This document shows positions 10,396 through 19,932 of a stretch of DNA of 64,000 nt, piece after piece. Made by a program: the position numbers and the translations under genes. Source of the DNA: an uncultured bacterium (GTDB lineage: Bacteria; Oederibacteriota; PGYV01; CAWJRG01); assembly GCA_963845185.1 (NCBI GenBank), contig CAWJRG010000005.1, positions 352,001 to 416,000 on the forward strand. The letters are read 5' to 3'. The notes beneath the pieces were generated by a model. That model worked only from the letters and a program-made list of their open reading frames with translations, did no database searches and was not told the DNA's origin. How positions within the stretch are numbered: the stretch's first letter is position 1; the number at the start of each line of letters is the position of its first letter.

Positions 10396-10581
10396 GTAGA
10401 GGAGCGCTTGAGCTCCAGTTTGCATAAGTGTATGTGTTTGTCTTTCACTCCCCATTAACAAGGGGGAGTAGAAGGGGGTTTACAGTAGTGAAAATGTAAG
10501 CAAAGAAGAGCGGCAACAAGCCACCGCTCTACGCAGTATTTTGCAACAGTCCTGCGTTGTGGCAGTCAAGCCTGCCGCTAC
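10396..10581. repeat. cluster of REP-like palindromes (GTAG/CTAC-ended and ccccnt..aagggg type)
   Basis: gtagaggagcgcttgagctcc; actccccattaacaagggggagt; agagcggc...ccgctctac; gtggcag...ctgccgctac. Confidence 0.5.
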
Positions 10582-10711
10582 TTATGGCTATCTTCTATCA
10601 TATAGAAAATATTCGCTTTTTACCCCGAAACTTTTCGAAAAAATAGTTGTCTAAAATTATGATAATAAGGTTAATTGTGTTATTAAATTTAATTAAATTA
10701 GTTTAAATTAT

Positions 10712-10740
10712 TTGACAAATGGCATTTGTGACTGTATAAT
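10712..10740 (+). promoter_or_regulatory. consensus sigma70 promoter of the GH8 gene
   Basis: TTGACA-17 bp-TATAAT with an AT-rich upstream region. Confidence 0.8.
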
Positions 10741-10769
10741 TTATATAAATTAGTAAACACATTTTCACA

Positions 10770-13700
10770 TTGAGAAAACGTGAAAAGAGGTCTGAGTCTT
10801 TTATGCAAATGAAAAAAGTAATAGTCCTAACTCTATCTATATTATTATTGGCATTTTCATATTCATTTGCCGTACCCCCTGTCGTAAATATTAATTCAAA
10901 CTATCCTCTTGGTACCGGGCCTTCTATTCCATTCCCTCAGTTTCTTAATTATACTCCTTCTACACTCACTTTCACTGTTTATTCCCTTGCAGACCCGGCT
11001 CATACTCAAACAGGTTTGGCGCTTCACCAGCCTGACGGCGTGTCCCTCGCTGAAATGGAGCAATGGCTAAGGGATGCCTGGCAGATTCATGCGAATGAAT
11101 TTAATACTAACGGCACCGTAACATATCAATTAGTAGGCGGTGGTAATGCAACAATAACCCTTATCCAGGACAGTTCAACCCCATATTGTTCCGAGGGCCA
11201 TGGATATGCATTGCTTGGTGCAGCTCTTATGGCTGATAAGCAGACCTTTGACGGGCTATGGTTTTATCTTAATGAAAATGATTATTTTAACGACACCAAA
11301 GTATACTCTACCGGCACAGTTTATAATGCGGCATATCAAGCCGGCATACATGCTCCTGCCTGGGCAGGCGCTGGTTCTGATTCAGCAACTGATGGTGATG
11401 ATGATATTGCCATGGCTGCCCTGCTGGCCTGGAAGCAATGGGGCGACAACACAGGCTACTATGCGCCGGGCGGCACTGGCGCAAATAATTCAAACGGCCG
11501 GCCTGCGATACAGTATAAGCAGATGGCTCTTGATATGATGCGGTTTATGGTAGCAAAGTTTCTTGATTCCAATAATAAATATACCTGCGGCGATATCGGC
11601 TATGACGGATATGTGAAAGGCGGCAATACATGGAATGAAGTAACGAACTGGTATACGCCAGGGGATCCTTTGGAGCATGGCGGACCCCAGGCAAATTCAT
11701 ATTTTGACTATTGCGACCCAGCCTATTATCGGTGCTTTGGTGCAACACTCCAGGCGCAAGGCGACCCAGTATGGAACTACAGCCAGTATGCACGCGGAGC
11801 TGCTGCCTCAAACTGGGCCATGGGCCAGCTCGCAGCAAACGCTGCATATAAAAATACTACAGCCGGTACTTATACAATAGCCGGAACAACAGCTACTTTC
11901 GGGAATTCAAACCTTGGCGGCGAAGATTTCCGTACAGTATGGAGGGAGGGCGTGGATTACCTGTGGAACGGTAATCCTACGACGTCATGGGACCCTACAA
12001 ACCATGTGACAATTACAGCCTCAAATACTTACGAATATAATGCGGGAGTAAAAGAAGCTCAGTTCTCTGAAAATCCCCAGCAATACGGCACAGGTATTGC
12101 ATGCGAGAGCTATGGTTCATCGCCGGTAACTTACCAGGGAATTGCATCTTTAAATGCGTATAATCTCGACGGCACATTATACGCCGACAACTGGCATATT
12201 AATTATGAAGTTGGAGCGCCTGCAGCTGCTGCCACAATCGCCCAAAATTTTGACGAGATGGGTGAAATATTCAGGGAAGTTACTTGCCTCTGGGATACGG
12301 TCGGCGGAAGTGATAATTATCTCAATTCTGTACCACACTATTTCCATGGTTTCTTCAGGGAAGTTTATTTGCTTCTCTTAACCGGAAACTTGATAAATCC
12401 ATGCAACTGGATTGTCCAGCCAAACATGAAAATTTTTAAGGCAATTGACAAAACCTATGCTTTCCCGAACGACCTTATAACCTTCTGGATTAATTACCGC
12501 AACTACGGTTCTGTAAACGCAGCCGGTGTAACAATTATTGACACCCTCCCAAATGCATTTACTTTTGTTTCTGCTACAGGAGGCGGTACATACAACTCGG
12601 CAAATAACACGGTCACATGGAGCATAGGCACGGTCAATGGGCTTGCAAACCAGAACTATGCCGCGACAGAAGGCGGAGTAACATGTATAGTCGAGGTCCT
12701 GCCAAGCGCAGCGCAGGGCAGGTACTGCAACTTCGCTGATATTGCCTGCACAAACGGCCCGGGCTCCACTACGTCGCCTTTCCCAAATACAGCGCCGTCA
12801 AACCCTGCAAATATAAACGGTACTGTGATGACGCGCAACTGCGTGGACATTGTGGCAGGAGCACTGACATTATCAAAAACAGCAAACCCAACTACTATAA
12901 ATACAGGAAGTGCCGTCACTTACACTCTAAATTATTGCGACTCGTCAAAGGCAGGATGGTTAAACGGCGGCAGGTCGGGCGTGGACTTTTCTTTCGGGCT
13001 AAAGACCCTGCCCGGCGCAACTTCGACCGACCTCGACTTTTACCTGCGGGCAAACCATGAGGCAGCCACGCCCATGATTGACTGGGGCAATTACAGGATA
13101 TCATATTTTATTAATTCTCCGTATCACGGCGCACAATGGACCTTTAGCCAGTATAATGCCGAGGGTTATAATTCTGCTGGGACCATAATAACAACCGAGG
13201 ATTTTGCCGCATGCTCCCCTACTGCCTGCACTGACGCCAGCGGCAAATACTGGAACCAACGCCTTATGATACAGCCCGGCCATGGGTCAGGCGAGCCTAC
13301 ACACTTACTGTTCTGGAAAGCAGGGACTTCTGCTGCCCTGCATTTTGGCACAGAGACTTACGCATTTTTTATGGAAAGCGATCTTACAGCCGGTTATGCT
13401 GCCCAGGACTGGACGGACGACTGGTCACAGCAGCAAAGCTGGGATGTTTGCTCGCAGAGTGACCCGCTTTACCCGATAAGCCCAGACTGGACAGCAGGCG
13501 ACGGTACCTCAGTGCCTGTCACAAAAATAAACAAAGACGCCTGCCAGACCTCGGCATACCAGGTGACAAACGTACTTATTGAGGAATGGGACGGCTATTG
13601 CTGGCGCAGGGTTTTCGGCAACGGCCCCATGCCAGGAAGAGAAGTAGATAATGTTGTTTTGACAGATTCCCTGCCAACTTGTCTTGATTTCGGCGGATTT

Positions 13701-16700
13701 ATAACAACAAGCCCTGCAGGCACATGGACATCAAGCACAAGGACACTTCAATGGAACATAGGCACCATGCAGGTAAGCCAGTGCGGCCAGGTACAGTACT
13801 ATGCGCTTGCCAATAACACATGCTGCACCACGGTAAAAAATCTGGCTTTTATTTCCGGAGACAAGGAAATGTCTGTTTCTTCCACAGCTTCGGTACTTGT
13901 CGTCTGCGGGACTGTAATTCCAACCCGGACGAACACAGCTGGTTCAACTCCTACATTTACTGCCACGTCAACTTACACAAGGACACCTACAGCTACATAC
14001 TCGTCCACTTATACAAATACGCCTACGCCTACTTCCACGCCTACAAACACGGCTACACGGACTTATACGCCAACAAATTCGCCAACGCCTACTTCTACAG
14101 TCACGCCTTCTCCTACTTATACAATGACTCCTACACCTACATTAACCCGTACAGCTACATATACTTACACTTATACAATCACATTGACCGATACGCCAAC
14201 TCCTACTCCAACTGTAACAATTACAACTTCCATGACATATACCAGGACATATACTCCTACATATACTCAAACATACACGCCCACTGCAACATCTACTTAT
14301 ACAAACACAATGACTCCTACACCTACATTAACCCGCACAGTGACATACACTTACACAAGTACAATCACTCTCACTGATACGCCAACCTCTACTCCAACAC
14401 TAACAATTACGACTTCCATGACATTCACCAGGACATATACTCCTACCTATACACAAACAGACACGCCCACTGCGACATCTACTTATACAAATACAATGAC
14501 TCCTACACCTACATTAACCCGTACAGCTACATATACTTACACTTATACAATCACATTGACCGATACGCCAAGTTCGACTCCAACATTTACAATTACAACG
14601 TCCATGACATTCACAAGGACATATACTCCTACCTATACTCAAACATATACACCCACTGCAACACCTACTTACACAAACACTCTGTCGCCGACATCCTCTT
14701 ACACACAAACAGTAACATATACTTACACATATACAATCACGCTGACTGATACGCCGACTCCTACTCCAACATCAACAATTACTACTTCCATGACCTTCAC
14801 CAGGACATATACGCCTACCTACACACAGTCAGACACACCAACCGCAACGCCTACCTACACAAACACTCTGTCGCCGACATCTTCTTATACACGTACAGCC
14901 ACATATACTTACACATATACAATCACGCTGACTGATACGCCGACAATCACAAGCACAATAACCCCCACATATACTATAACCATGACTTATACTGTGGTAA
15001 TAATATCAGCAACCATAACCCCAACATATACGATAACTCCTACAGACACGATAACTAAAACATCAACGCCATCGTCAACCAACACAGTTACATATACTTA
15101 CACATATACAATCACGCTGACTGATACACAGACTCCGACTCCAACATCAACAATCACGACTTCCATGACATTTACCAGGACATATACGCCTACCTACACA
15201 CAGACAGACACGCCAACAGCTACACCTACATACACAAACACTTTATCGCCGACATCATCTTACACGCGCACAGTAACATATACTTATACATCTACGATCA
15301 CACTAACTGATACGCCTACATTCACAAGCACATCAACGCCGACCTATACCATAACAATGACTTATACCGTGGTAATAGTATCAGCGACAATAACCCCAAC
15401 ATACACGGCAACTCCGACAGACACGATAACCAAAACATCGACGCCATCTTTAACCAGCACAGTGACATATACTTATACATATACAATTACTCTGACAGAT
15501 ACGCCTACCTTCAGCCCGACACTGACAAATACAGTTTCAGCGACATACACGCGGACAAGTACGCCTACTTACACCAACACTGCCACATACACTTATACCG
15601 ATACAGTCACTCTGACAAGCACAAGCACGCCGACTTACACAATAACAATGACTTATACTGTGGTAATAATATCAGCCACATTTACGCCGACATACACGAT
15701 AACTCCTACAGACACAATAACCATGACGTCAACGCCGACATTGACGCATACAATCACATATACTTATACATATACAGCAACGCTGACTGATACACAAACG
15801 CCGACTTACACAATAACAATGACATTTACCCAGGTAATATTATCAGCGACATTTACGCCGACTTACACAATAACACCTACAGACACGCCGACCTATACAC
15901 ACACCATGACATCTACGCCGACATTTACTCCCACATCAACATATACTTACACATATACCATAACGCTGACGTCCACATATACCATAACACCGACATACAC
16001 CACGGTCATAGTATCAGCTACATTTACTCCCACATATACTGACAGCCCGACCCTGACAGCCACGCCGACATATACCAACACAAAAACAGCCACATTGACT
16101 TATACCGGAACTGTTACCCTCACATATACATATACAGTCACAATCACCGATACTTTCACTGACACGTTTACAGCAACGCCCACATATACGGATTCGCCGA
16201 TAGATACTCTCACTTCCACGCCGACCTACAGCCCGACCATGACTTCCACTTACACTTTCACAAATACACCTACAGACACTGACACGCGCACTATAACAAT
16301 GACATTTACCTCGACATCCACGCCTACGGTCACCCGCACATATACAGACACGCTGTCACCGACTTCAACTTACACTCATACAGTTACATATACCTACACA
16401 TACACGGTTACTGAAACATTGACGCGCACTTCATCCCCGACCATAACAGCCACATACACCATTACGGCTACGCCCAATATCAACACGCCTGTCACGCCTT
16501 CTGTTTCGCTATCTGTTAGCGGCGACAACCCGAGGCTCGGCGCCAAAATTACCTATACCCTTGTCATTGACAATACTTCAAACACAACTATCAGCAACAT
16601 TTCTATATGGGACACGCTTCCGGGAGAGCTTTCTTTGGTGTCTATCAGCCTGCCGGCTGTCCCGACTCCTACCATATCAGGCAATTACATCGCCTGGAAC

Positions 16701-17156
16701 CTGACAGGAACTGCAGGAACACTTGCGCCGGGACAATCCATAGTTGTTCAATTTACTGTTGATTTAACTTCCTTTGATCCGGCAAAACTGCCTGTCACAA
16801 ATATTATGGCCATTGACTACAACGACCCGTTTTACAACGTCACCAAACACCCGCCTGTTTACTCCAACAACAGTTTTTACCCCGAGGGTAAGCCTGTTGT
16901 TTATCCAAACCCGTATAACCCGAACAGGGCTATTGGAGGCATGCTTAAATTCGAAAACGTAGTTCCCGGCTGCTCCATACAGATTTACACTATATCCGGC
17001 GAACTGGTTTCATCCATCGAGGCTCAGGGCATCATCGCGTACTGGGATGGGAAAAACAGGTATGGCGAAAAAGTGTCTCCCGGAATTTATTATTTCGTTA
17101 TCACAAATCCGGGAAGCAGCACTATAAACGGCAAAATTTTTGTGATTTATAACTAA
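10770..17156 (+). CDS. large secreted glycoside hydrolase family 8 protein with DUF11 domains, about 850-aa Thr-X repeat linker and FlgD/T9SS-like C-terminal domain (true start probably 10803 or 10809)
   Basis: Signal peptide; SEGHGY and DSATDGDDD GH8 motifs; I.DTLP DUF11 motifs; C-terminal YPNPYNP...WDGKN.G..V.PGIY. Confidence 0.85.
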   Translation: MRKREKRSESFMQMKKVIVLTLSILLLAFSYSFAVPPVVNINSNYPLGTGPSIPFPQFLNYTPSTLTFTVYSLADPAHTQTGLALHQPDGVSLAEMEQWLRDAWQIHANEFNTNGTVTYQLVGGGNATITLIQDSSTPYCSEGHGYALLGAALMADKQTFDGLWFYLNENDYFNDTKVYSTGTVYNAAYQAGIHAPAWAGAGSDSATDGDDDIAMAALLAWKQWGDNTGYYAPGGTGANNSNGRPAIQYKQMALDMMRFMVAKFLDSNNKYTCGDIGYDGYVKGGNTWNEVTNWYTPGDPLEHGGPQANSYFDYCDPAYYRCFGATLQAQGDPVWNYSQYARGAAASNWAMGQLAANAAYKNTTAGTYTIAGTTATFGNSNLGGEDFRTVWREGVDYLWNGNPTTSWDPTNHVTITASNTYEYNAGVKEAQFSENPQQYGTGIACESYGSSPVTYQGIASLNAYNLDGTLYADNWHINYEVGAPAAAATIAQNFDEMGEIFREVTCLWDTVGGSDNYLNSVPHYFHGFFREVYLLLLTGNLINPCNWIVQPNMKIFKAIDKTYAFPNDLITFWINYRNYGSVNAAGVTIIDTLPNAFTFVSATGGGTYNSANNTVTWSIGTVNGLANQNYAATEGGVTCIVEVLPSAAQGRYCNFADIACTNGPGSTTSPFPNTAPSNPANINGTVMTRNCVDIVAGALTLSKTANPTTINTGSAVTYTLNYCDSSKAGWLNGGRSGVDFSFGLKTLPGATSTDLDFYLRANHEAATPMIDWGNYRISYFINSPYHGAQWTFSQYNAEGYNSAGTIITTEDFAACSPTACTDASGKYWNQRLMIQPGHGSGEPTHLLFWKAGTSAALHFGTETYAFFMESDLTAGYAAQDWTDDWSQQQSWDVCSQSDPLYPISPDWTAGDGTSVPVTKINKDACQTSAYQVTNVLIEEWDGYCWRRVFGNGPMPGREVDNVVLTDSLPTCLDFGGFITTSPAGTWTSSTRTLQWNIGTMQVSQCGQVQYYALANNTCCTTVKNLAFISGDKEMSVSSTASVLVVCGTVIPTRTNTAGSTPTFTATSTYTRTPTATYSSTYTNTPTPTSTPTNTATRTYTPTNSPTPTSTVTPSPTYTMTPTPTLTRTATYTYTYTITLTDTPTPTPTVTITTSMTYTRTYTPTYTQTYTPTATSTYTNTMTPTPTLTRTVTYTYTSTITLTDTPTSTPTLTITTSMTFTRTYTPTYTQTDTPTATSTYTNTMTPTPTLTRTATYTYTYTITLTDTPSSTPTFTITTSMTFTRTYTPTYTQTYTPTATPTYTNTLSPTSSYTQTVTYTYTYTITLTDTPTPTPTSTITTSMTFTRTYTPTYTQSDTPTATPTYTNTLSPTSSYTRTATYTYTYTITLTDTPTITSTITPTYTITMTYTVVIISATITPTYTITPTDTITKTSTPSSTNTVTYTYTYTITLTDTQTPTPTSTITTSMTFTRTYTPTYTQTDTPTATPTYTNTLSPTSSYTRTVTYTYTSTITLTDTPTFTSTSTPTYTITMTYTVVIVSATITPTYTATPTDTITKTSTPSLTSTVTYTYTYTITLTDTPTFSPTLTNTVSATYTRTSTPTYTNTATYTYTDTVTLTSTSTPTYTITMTYTVVIISATFTPTYTITPTDTITMTSTPTLTHTITYTYTYTATLTDTQTPTYTITMTFTQVILSATFTPTYTITPTDTPTYTHTMTSTPTFTPTSTYTYTYTITLTSTYTITPTYTTVIVSATFTPTYTDSPTLTATPTYTNTKTATLTYTGTVTLTYTYTVTITDTFTDTFTATPTYTDSPIDTLTSTPTYSPTMTSTYTFTNTPTDTDTRTITMTFTSTSTPTVTRTYTDTLSPTSTYTHTVTYTYTYTVTETLTRTSSPTITATYTITATPNINTPVTPSVSLSVSGDNPRLGAKITYTLVIDNTSNTTISNISIWDTLPGELSLVSISLPAVPTPTISGNYIAWNLTGTAGTLAPGQSIVVQFTVDLTSFDPAKLPVTNIMAIDYNDPFYNVTKHPPVYSNNSFYPEGKPVVYPNPYNPNRAIGGMLKFENVVPGCSIQIYTISGELVSSIEAQGIIAYWDGKNRYGEKVSPGIYYFVITNPGSSTINGKIFVIYN
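13930..16480 (+). repeat. intragenic tandem repeats encoding Thr-X alternation; 186-bp (62-aa) period in the first part
   Basis: acaatgactcctacacctacattaacccg recurs at 14121, 14307 and 14493. Confidence 0.85.
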
Positions 17157-17236
17157 GCAAAAAGGTATTTGTAGAATAAAACAAGGGGACTTAAGAACAC
17201 CAGAATATGACTTTATCTATTATGCATCAGTGTAAT

Positions 17237-18586
17237 TTACTTTTTATTCATCTTTGCCGCGAAAAAGCCGTCCATATTCCTGCTGTTTCCGGGAAGTGAC
17301 AGGAAATATTTCCCTTTTCTAAAGTCATGTACAATTGGCAATGCCTGATTTCTTCCTTCAAAAATATCTGCTATCTCATAATCCTTGTTTTCATTTAAAA
17401 ATCTTTCCACTAAAATCTCGTTTTCTTCAGGGTTGAATGTGCAAGTAGAATAAAACAGGCTGCCGCCGCTTTTTGCCCATCGCCCGGAGTTTTGCAGAAT
17501 TTTCAGCTGCAGTTCCGGAAATTTTTTCATCTCAGTTTCCGATAAAATCCATTTTTTTTCGGGATGCCGCCTTATAACGCCGAGACCTGAACACGGAGCG
17601 TCAACAATAACCTTATCGGCGATTCCGCCAAATTCTTTTATTTCCCGTGTTGCATCAACATTTTTTATTTCGATATTTTTCGTACCAATCCTGGCCATGT
17701 TTTCCTGCAGCAGTTTTATCCTTTCCTTGTCCGGTTCCACAGCTATTATCAGGCCCCTGTTTTCCATTTCCTGCGCCATATACAGGGCTTTCCCGCCGGG
17801 CGCGCTGCCAACGTCTATTATGGTTTCACCCGCGGCCGTGGCTGCAAAAAACCCCATCATTTGTGACGATAAATCCTGTATAAAATACATTCCGTTTTTA
17901 AATAAATCATTATTTATCGCGTCGCCTGTTTCCACCATCAGGCAGTTCCTGTTTATATCATCACGCTTTGTCTTTACGCCAGTTGCCTCAAGGTCTGCCT
18001 GCAGTTTTTCAACTGTGGTAGCAAGCGTGTTTACCCTAAAAAACACCGGCGGTTTTTCATTGCATGCCGCCAGTATTTTCTCTACAGCGTCATCCTTGTA
18101 ATATTTCCCTAAAAATTCCACCATCCACTTTTCATACGAATATTTCACTGACAAATAAGCAAGCCTGCCTTCGATTTTCACTTCCCTGTTTTTATCATTA
18201 TTCCTCGCCACATTCCTTAAAACGCCATTTATAAAGCCAGCTTTATTTTTATGCCCTGTTGCTTTAACCAGCTCAACTGCCGTGTTTATGGCTGCATAAT
18301 CCGGTATGGAGTCCATGTAAACAAGCTGGTAAAACCCGACGCGCAGTATGTTGCACAGCGAAGTGCTTTCCGGCATTTTTTGAAAATAAAACGAAAGGTT
18401 GTAGTCAATAAGGTTTTTGTTGCGCAGGATTCCGTAAACCAGTTCATAAACTTTTTTCATGTCTTTGTGTTCGCCGTCTACATCGCCGGCGTATTCGTCA
18501 ACCGCGTCGCTCAGCCACTGCCTCTTGTCAAATATGCCGTCCAATATTTTTAAGCTTATAAACCGGAAATCGGATTTACTTATCAT
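17237..18586 (-). CDS. rsmB: 16S rRNA m5C967 methyltransferase
   Basis: NusB-like N-terminus, IQDLSS, SAPGGK, DAPCSGLG and YSTCT motifs. Confidence 0.93.
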   Translation of the reverse strand: MISKSDFRFISLKILDGIFDKRQWLSDAVDEYAGDVDGEHKDMKKVYELVYGILRNKNLIDYNLSFYFQKMPESTSLCNILRVGFYQLVYMDSIPDYAAINTAVELVKATGHKNKAGFINGVLRNVARNNDKNREVKIEGRLAYLSVKYSYEKWMVEFLGKYYKDDAVEKILAACNEKPPVFFRVNTLATTVEKLQADLEATGVKTKRDDINRNCLMVETGDAINNDLFKNGMYFIQDLSSQMMGFFAATAAGETIIDVGSAPGGKALYMAQEMENRGLIIAVEPDKERIKLLQENMARIGTKNIEIKNVDATREIKEFGGIADKVIVDAPCSGLGVIRRHPEKKWILSETEMKKFPELQLKILQNSGRWAKSGGSLFYSTCTFNPEENEILVERFLNENKDYEIADIFEGRNQALPIVHDFRKGKYFLSLPGNSRNMDGFFAAKMNKK

Positions 18587-18752
18587 AACGCCTCATTTTT
18601 GGATTTTAAGCCTTTAATTTGATTTCTTTTGGTTTTTTCGTTGGATTTGCTGTATATAATTAGGAATCGGGCATCGGTTTTATACGCCCAGCCCGGTATA
18701 TAACGTTGCTTGTATTTCTATTTTTTCCTATATGCTTCCTCTGTGTTTAGAC

Positions 18753-19130
18753 TTACTGGTTATTTATCAGCTCGTTTATTATCTTTTTATCTTCTTCTTT
18801 CAATACGAGAAATTCAATCCCTGTTTTATATGTGCCGGTCTTTTTATCCTGCGATATCCATCGTACCTCGGCGAAAGTTATTATCGGTTCCGGCTTTTTC
18901 TCAACGTTAAATTCTATTCTGAGCAACTGCTCAGGCTTGAGTTCTTCGCCTTCTATAAGTAATTGTATACCGCCCATGCTTATATTAATGCTTTCGGTAG
19001 CCTTTTTCTGTGCTTTTTTCTTTATTTCTTCAATTTCGGTGGGTGAAGAAATAATTTTATAAAATACTTTTATTTTTCTCTCTATTCTCTTGAACTTTCT
19101 TCTTTCAACGAATATCTCGCCTTCAGGCAT
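18753..19130 (-). CDS. PilZ-domain protein
   Basis: ERRKFKR (RxxxR) and NISMGG (NxSxxG) motifs. Confidence 0.88.
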   Translation of the reverse strand: MPEGEIFVERRKFKRIERKIKVFYKIISSPTEIEEIKKKAQKKATESINISMGGIQLLIEGEELKPEQLLRIEFNVEKKPEPIITFAEVRWISQDKKTGTYKTGIEFLVLKEEDKKIINELINNQ

Positions 19131-19363
19131 AATCCGCACCACCTTATCCAGTTTTTTAAATTCTAATACTTTTACCCTAAAAATTCAAGCTGTTTTTAAG
19201 TATAATAATCCGAAGTTTGTTAAAATATATAAAATTACTCATTTTTAAACATTTCCACGATTCCAGGTTCGGGGGAAATCGGCGCATTTTTTGCTAACTT
19301 TTAATTTGACAAAACCTGAGATTTAATTATATAATTGTCATGCTCTAAATTTGTTGCTGTTTC

Positions 19364-19449
19364 GCCGGAGTGGTGAAATGGCAGACACAGGGGACTCAAA
19401 ATCCCCCGCTAGCAATAGCATGTCGGTTCAAGTCCGACCTCCGGCACCA
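19364..19449 (+). tRNA. tRNA-Leu (CAA)
   Basis: Cloverleaf GCCGGAG/CTCCGGC, anticodon loop CTCAAAA, long variable arm, GTTCAAGT, encoded CCA; TTGACA/TATAAT upstream. Confidence 0.95.
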
Positions 19450-19509
19450 GCGTTGTAATGGCCGGAAATTTAATGATAAATTACTGGCTTTAAAAAGGAG
19501 TTTTCGTAA

Positions 19510-19932
19510 ATGAAAAAACCAGAACATGAATCAAGAAAAGCGCCAAGGTATACCCAGATTATTGACGTTGACTGCAAAATCGATTCTTTTCCCGAAGAAC
19601 TTATGACAGTAAACATGCCTTTAAGGCAGGGCGAGTCTTTCAGGGCGAAAACAATTAACGTCAGCGAAAGCGGGATGCTGGTCAATTGCGATTACAGCCT
19701 ACCCGAAAGGACTGTCCTTAAAATAATAATTCCGGCAGGGGAAGTTACCGAAGAAAAATTTCATTTGACGGTCCGCATAGCATGGCTAAAAAGAAACGCC
19801 TACAAACTTTTCGGCAGGTATGCTGCCGGTCTGCACATAATAGATGGCGATAAACTAAATATACAAAAATTAATTGATTACTTCAAAGATGCTCCAGTCC
19901 CAGACATCCCGGATATACCCCCGGGCGAATAA
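19510..19932 (+). CDS. PilZ-domain protein
   Basis: RKAPR and NVSESG motifs. Confidence 0.8.
   Translation: MKKPEHESRKAPRYTQIIDVDCKIDSFPEELMTVNMPLRQGESFRAKTINVSESGMLVNCDYSLPERTVLKIIIPAGEVTEEKFHLTVRIAWLKRNAYKLFGRYAAGLHIIDGDKLNIQKLIDYFKDAPVPDIPDIPPGE

Noticed and set aside
13820..14377. His/Tyr-rich alternative-frame ORF
   Set aside because: Frame-shifted reading of the Thr-X repeat
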